From NCBI GenBank assembly GCA_050273025.1, contig CP158635.1, positions 27,776,001 to 27,840,000 on the forward strand: a DNA stretch of 64,000 nt. The letters are read 5' to 3'. The notes below the pieces were generated by a model. The model had not been told where the DNA came from. It ran no database searches and saw nothing but the letters and a program-made list of their open reading frames with translations. The position numbers were made by a program, and so were the translations under genes. Shown one piece after another: positions 1 to 11,235 of the stretch (positions within the stretch are counted from its first letter, which is position 1; each line of letters opens with the position of its first letter). This stretch comes from Cenococcum geophilum. Taxonomy: Eukaryota.

Positions 1-1024
1 GAATTTAATATAAAACTTATTAAATAATTTAGTAGGGCTTATCTTTAGGGTGTATAGTTTAGCTTAGTTAGTAGCTAGTAGGTTATAGTCGCGGTATATT
101 AAGTTAAGATTATTAAGAACTTTTTAGTAAAACTACTACTTTTAGGGGCTACTAGTCTCCTATTAGGCGAAGAGTCTATTAAATAGTATACTCTTTATTT
201 GCCCGATAATATAGCTAATCTTAATATCTCTTATAGAAAAAAGGTAGGCGCTCTAAGTTAGTTTCTTATAGATTTATATCTTTTAGTAGCTGTATTTCTT
301 ACAGTCTCCTTAAAAAACTAGGGAATTAAGGTAGCGTATATTAGACCCTATAGTAGCAGTTTAGGTCTAATTATTATAGCTTTTATTATCGCTGCTTTAG
401 TAGGGGTTCCTATTAGGTAAAGCTACTTAGCGCTAACCCTCTATTAAGCGTTAAGTAGGTAAAGTTACTAGGGGCGTAAAGGCTTAGGTGGCGTTATATA
501 TAGTAAAGAGGTATCTAGCGTTGTTATAAATATACTTATTAAGCTAAAATTATAGGTATTTAATTATACCTTCTTTTTTAGTAACTATAGTAATTAGTGC
601 AATCTCCTTCTTTTTTAACTATTAGACGTCGCGTTTAGACACATAAAGGTCGTCTTTAGTTTCTTAATATATATTATTAGCGAGCGCCTTATAAGCTTAT
701 AGGTCTTAAATAATATCGCGATCTTAAGTAGTACGCATCTTAGCTTATATAAGCTTTAGGTAGTAGTTCTATAGAAGGCGGTAGTATTTATTAGGGTCTT
801 ATACTACCATTTTTATAAACGTCTTGGCGTCTTATATTTTGATTTTAATAGGTAATAGCCCTTCCGTTTACTTATCCGTAGTTATATAGTTAATAAAAAA
901 TAAAACATTATTAGTGTCCATCTCCTTAGGGGTTAAAGCTAGGGCTAATAAATCAAATTCTCCTAGGATTAATTGGCGTCGTAGGTTAAGTATAGGTATT
1001 AGATTATTCTTTAGGTTTAATATA

Positions 1025-1500
1025 TAGTGATATGCACGACCAGCTTCCACCCCCCCTCTGGAAAAATATTATTTCGCTTCGGTACACGGGCTCGCTAGAA
1101 ATCGTAGCGAACGCCCATGCTTGGCTGCAAGAACTTTACTTCTGGCAGACTTCGCGATCCTCCGCAGTGTCGTGATCTTTGTTAAATATCGTAAGGCTTC
1201 CACCAGCACGATATTACCAAATTTCATCGGCAACTGCAGGAACAGCTTTGCATTCGCGTTTTGGCGGCCACAGCGGGGAGGGCGTAGTTAAGGGGGAGGG
1301 GAGGGCGCGTGCGTCCTCAGTTTGGTTCTCCTGGCCAACCAAGGCGATTCTCCAGGGCAACCAAAAAAGGTCCTTGCGTGCAGGCACATGCGTTCGCTAC
1401 AATTACTATGTACAGTTGGTGGCGATTTAGCGAGCCCGCGTACCGAAGCGAAATAATATTTTTCCAGAGGGGGGGTGGAAGCTGGTCGTGCACATCACTG
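1025..1500. mobile_element. 476-bp non-autonomous Tc1/mariner-type element (MITE)
   Basis: About 73-bp TIRs (tagtgatatgcacgaccagcttcc... / ...ggaagctggtcgtgcacatcactg), CAGT-type terminus, TA on both sides (1023-1024, 1501-1502). It interrupts sequence that is continuous in copy A. Confidence 0.92.
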
Positions 1501-1602
1501 TAGCTAATAAAGAATATCGTCTTACTATTATAGGTTCCTTAGAAGTATAAAGTAAGGTAATTTATAGATATACTGCTTTTAGCAGCGCCTATAGTATTAT
1601 AA

Positions 1603-1795
1603 TGTCACGGAACCCTACCGCAGGGGCCTCTATAGGAGAGCCCCGTGCTCTCGCGTACACCTCGCGTACAGCTTATGTCAGCTACGCGTAGGTATATTAC
1701 CTCCTTACGCCTTTGACCCTTACGATCGATCGCGCAACGTCTTGTAGACTCCTCGAATACATACGCTTTGTAGCCACTGCCCCCGTCCTATGACA
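1603..1795 (+). repeat. 5' LTR of A
   Basis: tgtcac...tgaca; direct repeat of 8026-8218. Confidence 0.95.
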
Positions 1796-1872
1796 TTACG
1801 TTGCGCCTTTTTTACCACTGACGCTTAGCCTACGACCAATTCTATGTCTTTGTAATACTGTAGGCGCTGCTA

Positions 1873-2121
1873 TGTCACGGGACTCACACGTTCTCACGTC
1901 CCTGCGCGTTTTGACGTTCTTGACCCGTGCTCACGTTCGTCCCGAGACACCTACGCACGTTCCCCTACAACCCCTATTTATACCCGACCTGGCACACGAA
2001 GAATCTTCTTCTTCATCCAAATGTCTTTGTATCAACCACGCATAGTTACGCGTACGTAGCCTTCTTCAATTACTACCCTGTTTAGTACATTGTATTCCAG
2101 CTCGTGCCTACTTCCGTAACA
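1873..2121. mobile_element. 249-bp solo LTR in the 5' UTR of A
   Basis: tgtcacgg...ccgtaaca termini, 4-bp TSD GCTA; the empty site is visible in A' at about 1571-1590. Confidence 0.9.
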
Positions 2122-2206
2122 GCTAGAAGCAGCGTGTTTATAAATTACCTTACTTTATACTTTTAAGGAACCTATAATAGTAAGATGATATTCCTTACTA
2201 GCTACT

Positions 2207-5200
2207 ATGTTAAACCTAAAGAATAATCCAATACTTATACCTAACCTACGACGCCAATTAATCCTAGGAGAATTTGATTTATTAGCCCTAGCCTTAACCC
2301 CTAAGGAGACAGACACTAATAATACCTTATTTTTTATTAACTATATAACTATAGATAAGTAAACGGAAGGGCTATTACCTATTAAAATTAAAATACGAGA
2401 CGCCAAGACGTTTATAAAAATGGTAGCATAAGACCCTAATAAATACTACCGCCTTTTATAGAACTATTACCTAAAGCTTATATAAGCCGAGATGTATACT
2501 GCTTAAGATCGCGATATTATCTAAGACCTATAAGCTTGTAAGGCGCTCGCTAATAATATATAACAAGAAACTAAAAATGACCTCTATGTGTCTAAACGCG
2601 ACGTCTAATAGTTAAAGAAGGCTAAGATTGCACTAATTACTATAGTTACTAAAAGAGAAGGCATAATTAAATACCTATAATCTTAGCTTAATGAGCATAT
2701 TCGTAATAACGCTAGATACCTCTTTACTATATATAACGCCACCCAAGTCTTTACGCCCCTAGTAACTTTACTTATTTAATACTTAACGGAGGGCTAGCGT
2801 TAAGCAGCTTTACCTAATAGGAACCCCTACTAAAGTAGCGATAATAAAAGCTATAATAATCGGACCTAAACTGCTACCGTAGGGTCTAATATATGCTACC
2901 TTAATCCCCTAGTCTTTTAGGGAGACTGTAAGGAATATAGCTACTAGAAGATATAAATCCGTAAGAAACTAACTTAAAGCGCCTGCCTTTTTCCTATAGA
3001 AGATACTAAGATTAGCTATATTATTAGGCGAATAAAGGGTATACTATTTAACAGACTCTTCACCTAATAGAAGACTAGTAGCCCCTAGAAGTAGCAGTTC
3101 TACTAAGAAGTCCTTAATAATCTTAACCTAATATACCGTAATTATAACCTACTGGCTACTAACCGAGCTAAACTACGTGCCCTAAAGATAAGCCCTACTA
3201 AATTATTTAATGAATTCTATGTTAAATTCTAGGAATATACTAGAGCCCTTGCCCGAGATAATACTAAAAACTAAAAGAACCTCCTTAAAAAAGTTACTTA
3301 TCGCCTTAGTTACGCAGCCGCCAGCTATAACTATAATAATGTTTATAATATGGTAGCAGCTCTATGGAAGATTAAATAATAACTAAATTAAATAGCTACT
3401 GTTAACCCTTACCTAAAGACCTCTCTATAGAAGCCCCTCAGGCCTATTAAACCTATATATACTAAGCCACTAACGCTTACTACCTTAAGTACTACTAGAA
3501 CTAATATTAATTTCTCTATACTAACCTTCCTATAAAAACTCCTAGATAGAGAGTATAAGCTACTTTAAAAACTAGGACACTGCTATAGATACTATTAAGA
3601 AGGCTATTATCGCGATAAACTAAACTGCCTAATAGCTAGGTTTAGTAGCTGCCGCCTAATACCTAACCTAATACCCTAAACACCAAATATATTGCTATAT
3701 GCCACTACCGTATAAAATAAAGACGTAGTAATAGCGGTAGAGTTAGATATGGAAACGGAAAACGCTAAGTCCTAGCCCTAAGTTGTGGGTTAGGACGCCC
3801 TAATAATGGAGGGATTTATATATCGGCTTACTTAATAGATAATTTTATAAAGATAAATAGACGGAAATAGATAGTTTTACCTATAATAGGAACTACTGCT
3901 AAAAAATAATATAAAAGCCGTTCTATAATTAATTGCGGAGCTACTAATAAATTTATAGATACCTAATTTGTGTGTATTTATAACCTACTTACCTTACCCC
4001 TTACTAAAGCCCGCGCCCTATAACTCGCTAACGGTAATTATACTATATAGAAGATTACCTATATAGTATAACTCCACCTAGATATAAATGGGCACTAGGA
4101 AGAACTTTGGGCTTATATAATACTATTTACTAACTACCCTATTATCCTTGGAATGAATTAGCTTAAATAATATAACCCTACTATTAACTGGAAAAAGAGA
4201 GAAGTAACCTTTAACTCTAAATACTATAGAGAGACTTGCCTAGGGTATGGCCTAGCCGCCTCTATTTACTCCCTAGGATATTAACCTAAGGAACCCCTTA
4301 TTACCCCACCTATAACTAACTACTACTATATAAGTGCCCTAGCCTTCTACCGTATAGCACGTAAGAAAGGCTAAACTATTGCTATAGCTTTCTAATTATA
4401 ACTATATAAGCTTAATAAAGAATAGGACTACGTCCTTTATAGTAATAGGATAGATATAGTTAACCTTCTAGAAGATAACGCCCCTATAAAACTCTACGGA
4501 CTTTTACCTTTAGACTTTAAGAAGTTTATAAAGCTTAAAAAAGGACTTACTAATAAAGAACTCCGTAAGCTCCTCCCTAAGAGGTACTATAACTTTACTA
4601 ATATATGCTTATAAAAGAGCGTAGATATACTCCCCCTATATTAACCTAATGACTATACCATTAATATTAAATAAGGAAAAATGCTATCTTATAAAGGACC
4701 CTATCTAATATTAAAAGATAAGCTTCTAGTTATAAAAAAGTATATTAATAAGTACCTTAATAAAGGATTTATTCGTTCTAGCATGTTACTAGCAGCTGCC
4801 CCTATCCTTCTTGCTAAGAAGCTAGGAGGAGGTATTTAATTCTATGTTAACTATAGAGGACTTAACGCTATTATAATTAAAAACCAATACCTAGTACTGC
4901 TTATATATAAGACCCTTAAGCGGCTTAGTTAAGCTAAAATCTATACTAAGCTTGATATTATTGCCGCCTTTAACTACCTCTAAATATGGGAAGGTAATAA
5001 ATGGAAAACCGCATTTGTATTGCGCTTCAGCTAATTTAAATATACTATTATGCCCTTTGGCGTATATAACGGCCTAGGCACCTTCTAAAGCTATATTAAT
5101 AACGCCTTATAGGATTACCTTGATAACTTCTGCTCCGCGTACCTAAACGATATACTTATTTATAGTAATAACCCCTTTAAGCATACCAAACACGTTTAAA

Positions 5201-7737
5201 AGGTCCTATAGCGCCTTAGGGACGTAGGACTTTATATTAATTTAAAGAAATATAAATTCTTAGTTATAGAAGTAAAATACCTTAGACTAATTGTTACCAC
5301 TAAGGGTGTCTGTATAGACCCTAAGAAGGTACGCATAATTACTAAATAGTAAGCCCTTAACTGTATTAAGGACGTATAAGCCTTCCTTAGTTTCGCTAAC
5401 TTCTATTAGAAATTTATATATAACTTCTTAGGCGTAGTAGTACTACTTATAGTAATAATATAAATAAAGGGCCTTTTTATAAAAGGAAGAAAAACGCACT
5501 TATGCTTTACCTAGACGCCTAAATGCGAGAAGGCGTTCTAAGATCTTAAAAATGCCTTTACTAAAGCACCTATTCTAGCTTACTTTATACTAGGATGATA
5601 ACTCTACCTTAAAACCGACTCCTTAGACCACGTTAACGCAGGCGTCCTTTTCTAAATAGGTGATGACGGTCTCCTTTACCTAGTCGTATTTTACTCGTCT
5701 AAGCTTATACTATAAGAGTGTAACTATAAGATCTATAATAAAGAACTCCTTGTAATTATATAAGCATTTAAAGAATTTTAACTAGAACTTTCCTTAGTAG
5801 AGCTTAACTAGCTAACTAAAGTTCTTACAGACTATTGCAACCTTAAGTACTTTATAACTATAAAGTAGCTAAACTAACGCTAAGTACGTTAGAATAAGTT
5901 CCTCTCTAGTTTTAACTTTAAAATTGTATATAGACTAGGAGTATAAGGTACTAAACCTAATAGCCTAATACGCCGCTTGTAAGACCTTCCTTAGTCTAAA
6001 AATAACCCCTATAATTAGTTCCAATAATAAACAATCCTAAAAGTATAAAATTTGGCCCTAGGTATACTACCTACAATAGAGCTAACTATACCCTAGCTTT
6101 ATACCACAGAACTAGAGTTACCTCCCAAAATTAATAAGCTTATTATTATGGTATATAACGCCTCTGCTAACCTATTACTGTATTAACTTATTGCCGCAAA
6201 GACCGCTAGCGCCTGTATGCTGCCTACTAACCTTTAAAGCTTAGGCTAGATTAATATAGTAGCCTTAGAAGTAAAAGAGAATAGGCTTTATTATAGAGGC
6301 CGCCTATTTATCCCTAACTTAGAAAATCTATAACGGCAACTAATCTAAATAGCCTACGACCTCCGATTAAGCGGCTATCTAGGTAGAGAAAGAACCTATA
6401 AGCTTCTTAGCCAATACTACTTCTAGCTAAAAATAATAGACTTAGTTAAACGCTTTATAGGCGCCTGCTACAGTTATAAGCGCGCTAAGGCCTTTAATAT
6501 AAAGTACTAAGGACTACTATACCCTCTACTAGTACCTATATAACGATAGGCAGATATTGCTATAGATTTTATTGTTAACCTACTACCCTATAAACGACAC
6601 GGCTGTACCTATAAGAATATCCTTATAATAATATGCCAACTTATAAAAGAGCGCCACTACGTCCTAACTAAAGGCGTAGCCATTAGCGACGTTATTAACG
6701 CCTTCCTTTACGAAGTCTACTGACTATATAGGTTACCTAACTTGATTACGTCCAACCAAGGCATATAATTTAACTCTGATGTATAGAGACGAATCTGCTA
6801 ACGCCTTAGTATCTCTATTAAGATATCTATATCCTTTTACTATAAAACTGCTAGGTAACTAGAAAACGCTAACGCTAGTATAAAAGCGTACCTACGATAG
6901 GTAGTCGCCTATAGTTAAGATAACTGGGTAGATTACCTTTTACTAGGTAAATTTGTAGTAAATAACTACGTCTTAACCACTATAGGACTTACCCCGTTCT
7001 TCGCGAATAAGGGTTATTACCCCTAATCTGGCATAGAGCCACTAGAACCTATTAATAAGAAATTGCTATATAGAAAACGCCTTAAGATGCTACTTGTTAA
7101 CTAGTATGCAGACTATATAAAAAATCTACTTAACTACTGCAAGGGAGAAATGGCCTAGGCTTAAGTAAAGTAGGCCTACTTCGCTAACTGTTATAGAACG
7201 CCACCACCGGAGATGCGTGTTGGCGACTGGGTATGGCTAGATGTACGCAATATCTCTATGTAGAGGCCTATAAAGTTACTTAATTATAAGAACCTCGGCC
7301 CCTATCCGATTAAACGAGTTATTAATAGGGGAGCCGTATATAAGCTAGAACTCCTGCCTGCCCTAGCTACCCGCGGGATATGGCCTATATTTTACCTATA
7401 GCTACTACATCTCTATTAGCCTAACCCCTTACTAGGGCAGATATAGCCTAAACCCCTACTAGTACTAATCTAAGATAAGAACAAAGATAAGAACTATAAG
7501 GAGTGGACTGTTAAACAAATTATTAACTCTAAATACTTTGGCAAAGGTAGAGGATAACGGCTCTACTACAGAGCTATATATATAGGATTCGATATAGATT
7601 AGCCAGAATGGTAACTATAGGAAGACTTTAAAAATATAAAGGATTTAATTAGCGATTTTTACTACGCGAACTTATAGAAACTGGGCCTAAGCAGAGACTT
7701 TATACCTAATTCTTTATAGGAGCCCTTATAGAGTTAA
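2207..7737 (+). pseudogene. gag-pol relic of A
   Basis: ATG at 2207, zinc knuckle ~3581-3648, protease (D)CGA ~3930, RT YL(D)DILIY ~5140, RNase H TDS ~5614, integrase ~6350-6900, chromodomain EWTV(E)QII ~7501. Many RIP stops; end approximate. Confidence 0.9.
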
Positions 7738-8025
7738 ACCGTTATATATTGCCACGTAAGGGCAAATTGCCGTTAAATTGCCGTTAGATTGCGGTAAAGT
7801 GCGATTACGTGACCGGAATATCGTTAAGATGTCTAGGAACTTCGACCGGCGGTTAAAGTTGTCTAATTGGTCGGATTTTTAGATACTAAGCCCTATTACA
7901 TAACGTTGTTTTAAGCCTTTAGTGATACCCCCCTTTTCTTCTTTTCTATACCTTAAGTGTCTCTTCTATATATATATAGTAACCACAGCGTCGCCGGAGC
8001 TCCGCCTCTATAAAAGGGGGGGTAG

Positions 8026-8218
8026 TATTACGGAACCCCACCGCAGGGGCCTCTATAGGAGAGCCCCGTGCTCTCACGTACACCTCGCGTACAGCTTATG
8101 TTAGCTACGCGTAGGTATATCACCTCCTTACGCCCTCGACCCTTACGATCGATCGCGTAACGTCTTGTAAACTCCTTAAATACATACGCTTTGTAGCCAC
8201 TGCCCCCGTCCCGTAATA
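8026..8218 (+). repeat. 3' LTR of A
   Basis: Follows the PPT; matches 1603-1795. Confidence 0.95.
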
Positions 8219-8277
8219 TATAAAGACGTAAAATTAGTTATAGGCTAAGCATTAGTAGTAAAAAAGGCATAACGTAA

Positions 8278-8470
8278 TGTTATAGAACGTAGGCAATGGC
8301 TATAGAGCGTATATATTTAAGGAGTCTATAAGATATTACGCGATCGATTTTAAGGGCTAAGGGCGTAAGGAGGTAATATACCTACGCGTAGCTAATATAA
8401 GCTGTACGCGAGGTATATATAAGAGCACGGGGCTCTCCTATAAAGGCCCCTATAGTAGGGTTCCGTAATA
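8278..8470 (-). repeat. 5' LTR of A'
   Basis: 193-bp reverse complement of the A LTR. Confidence 0.93.
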
Positions 8471-9431
8471 AGCGCTGTCTTTACCCTAGCGGTTAAAGAA
8501 GTAAAAGGCTATTATAGAGAGGGGGAAGAGAATAGGGTTAGCGTTCCGTATATAGCCTATATACTTAACCTTACCGTACTAATTCTACTTTCCTTATATT
8601 ATCGATATAATTATATTTAGCGCTAACTCGTCTAGTTTAGGCCCTTTATTCTTTAGTTTAATAAAAATAAGATTAGTAAGCTAAATATCTTATCTACTTT
8701 TACTATAGGTAATAGTAGTATAGCCTAAGGGACGGGTTAGAAAACGATAGCTATATAAACTAGGTAGGGTATATACGAACCTAATAAATACTCGGCTATA
8801 GTTTAAAGGTAAGACTTAACTAAACCTAGTATCTTAGAGCCCGTCTTCTAGTACTAAGTAATCGCCTTTTTAAGCCCTTTAACGTTATAGCCGCTAGTAA
8901 TTATAAATAGGCCTTAATTAATAAAGTTAACGCATTAAATCTAGTCCTTATTGCGGCGTAATAAACTAAATAATATATTAAGAATAAATAAATCTATAGA
9001 ATCTATCTATAACGAATATAGGCCCTTATATAGGCCTATACCTACTAAGTTGGAAGTAATTACTTACTAACTTTAACTAAGATAGAAATAAAGGGAATCT
9101 ACTTATATGAGCCAGAAATAAATATAGAGGACTCCTCTAGAACTATTATTATATCCCCTAGTACTTTACTAAAACAGAAGTAAATCCTTCCTAAATTAGT
9201 ATTAAACTTAATGATATTATAAAGAAATACCTTATAATCCTCTAAGTATACTATAGGTCCTATTTAACCTCTCCCTAAGCTATAGTTAATTACCTATTAC
9301 TAGCTCTACATCGTTCTTATTCCCTATTTAAAAGTCGTTAGCATTAGTTTAGAATCGTTAAATAGTATACCCTCTAAGGTTTTGCCGACCTGTATACGAT
9401 TTCCTACTTAGGTTTAGTATCTATATTGCAT

Positions 9432-10046
9432 TAAATAAGGCCTAGCTGCTTAACGAAGTTCCTAAACTAAGTCGTTAATAGTGGCTTTATAAGACCTTTT
9501 GCTACTATACTACTTATAGGAACGTGCTATAGGTAGATTATACCGCTTTAAACCTTATTACAAATGTAGTACTAGTATAGCTTAAAGTGCTTAGTACGCG
9601 CGTAGTAGTTGTCGCTTTTAGCAAGGCTAATAGCTAGTTAATTATCGCCATATCCCTTCCAACGGTAGCGTTCTACAAGAATTAAACCGTGCGCGAACAC
9701 CAGAATTAGAAGTACGCGTATAGTCATAAAGCCTTAATCCTATCAATTCTATTAGCTAGCTCTTATCAATAACTATAGGACGAATTATACTATTAAAAGG
9801 GATAAATATATTAGTAGTAGGTCCTTTCTAGTATAGCCTAAATTAGTAAGTAATTAACGAAGCTATAAGGCTTCCTTAGCCGCATACGTTATTACTATAT
9901 ACTTAGCCTCTATAATAGAGGTTATAAGAATTAACTATTTACTTAACTTATATAAAACTAGGCCACCCGCTAGCTTATAGATATAGCTAAAAGCTAACTT
10001 CTTATTAACTATATCTACGAACGCTATATTGCTATAGCCATATAAT
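9432..10046 (-). pseudogene. Ty1/Copia element K, RNase H region
   Basis: Minus-strand translation YGYS(D)..F.D...GY.YKLAGG...EA(E)Y...AAKEAL(W)L ... YGDN..AI.LAK....ARTKH ... V(A)..L(T)KPL, the Copia RNase H motif set. Confidence 0.9.
9654..9801. mobile_element. 148-bp MITE with CCC...GGG termini and a 2-bp AT TSD (CMC/EnSpm-like)
   Basis: 14-bp TIRs cccttccaacggta / tactattaaaaggg with RIP-type mismatches. Removing it plus one AT restores the in-frame LYGDN of K. Confidence 0.8.
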
Positions 10047-10293
10047 TATTAGCGACTTAATTAATTGAGATATAAGCACGGTAAAAGGGTCGCGTAAGCC
10101 TATATAATTAGATTGTCTATAAATAAGAATCTAAAGCTAAGGAAAGGAAAGGAGAAGAAGAGTAGCGCCGTTCGGTGTTTTATAAGATCTTCACGTCATG
10201 TAATCACAATATGCGGCAATCTGTAGCAATCTGTGGCAACTTACCAGTGTAAAGTTCTGCCAAGTTCTGCCAAGTTCTGCCAATGCCGTAACA
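10047..10293 (-). repeat. 3' LTR of B
   Basis: Direct repeat of 34032-34278; adjacent to the PPT. Confidence 0.94.
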
Positions 10294-10452
10294 TTACCCC
10301 CCCCCCCACCCTCTAAAAAAGCCTGCCCTTAGGCTTTGTCGCTAAAAGTCTTAGTAAAAGAATCTAACTAATTAGACAACTTTAACCGCTAGTTAAAGTT
10401 CCTAAATATCTTAACACCTTATATAACTAAGAAATTTCTAAGGCGTTCTTAT

Positions 10453-11127
10453 TGTAATGGAACTTTATAGTAAGTACTATAATAGGCTTATTAATAGGCT
10501 AGGTGTATAGGTAATGCAAATTAAAATTAACAACGTAATAATAACTAGTAGAGTAGTTACCTAACAGATTAACTTCAATTATATTCTAAGAATTACTATA
10601 AAGGAGAGAACTATTTAGGTAAGGACTATGGTCCTTTAAATACACAACTATACTTCTAAGAAATCCCCTTTATATATAAGATACGTGTTATACATGTTAT
10701 ACATACGTTCCCTTTATATACTGCGTATACTATATATAATATTATATAACCTTAGTTAACGTAATCCACAAGCAAGTGGCCAGCATAAGCATGTGGCCGC
10801 CCCACCAAAACGCGACGCGTTCCTTAACTACTATCTATAATAGCCACACCACAACAGCAGAATACTCTTTTTCAAAAAGGTAGACTTGTTCTAGCTATCA
10901 AAGCCCACAAGCAAGGCCAATTTACAAGCTTTCAATCTGCCACAACAGCGCGGTAGCGTGGTAGCGTGGCCATATGCTTGTGCTGGCCACTTGCCTGTGG
11001 ATTACGTTACTATTCTTCATTATATAGCTCTATTAGATCTATTTTAGACCATGCCTAAATTAACTAACTAGCTTCTTCCGACTCTTCCCTAAGTAGTTAT
11101 AATATTGTACTTAAAGCATCCGTAACA
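10453..11127 (-). repeat. 3' LTR of C (interrupted)
   Basis: Matches 28222-28645 once 10759-11009 is removed. Confidence 0.93.
10759..11007 (+). mobile_element. 249-bp internally deleted Fot1/Pot2 (pogo)-type DNA transposon
   Basis: TIRs acgtaatccacaagcaagtggccagcataagcat / atgcttgtgctggccacttgcctgtggattacgt, TA TSD, empty site in the sister LTR (~28520-28530). It keeps a transposase N-terminus (M)ATPQQQNTLFQKGRLVLAIKAHKQGQFTSFQSA from 10840. Confidence 0.92.
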
Positions 11128-11235
11128 CTATCTCCCTCCTTTCTATTTTCGTCCTTAAAGATTCTAAATATCTCTAAGTTATTTACTAGAGGTGTAATAT
11201 CCGTCTAATTAATTTAGTTAATATTATTACTTATT

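Larger units (their letters stand above)
1603..8218 (+). mobile_element. Full-length Ty3/Gypsy chromovirus A, RIP-inactivated
   Basis: 193-bp LTRs at 1603-1795 and 8026-8218, TSD TATAA (1598-1602, 8219-8223), PPT aaaagggggggtag at 8012-8025, domain order gag-PR-RT-RH-IN-chromodomain. Confidence 0.96.
1..8470 (-). mobile_element. Ty3/Gypsy LTR retrotransposon copy A' (5' part only; continues beyond the left edge), interrupted by a MITE and by copy A
   Basis: 1-1022 and 1501-1602 are the reverse complement of the gag and 5' UTR of element A. 8224-8277 continues the UTR and 8278-8470 is the reverse complement of the A LTR. Differences are mostly RIP-type. Confidence 0.93.

Noticed and set aside
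868..1503. Short ORFs in and around the MITE
   Set aside because: They are chance frames in GC-rich non-coding sequence or span the MITE/gag junction; no recognisable domain.
2196..2215. MITE excision footprint in copy A (3 extra bp relative to the A' empty site)
   Set aside because: It does not fit a TA-(2-3 nt)-TA footprint cleanly; a small deletion in A' explains it equally well.
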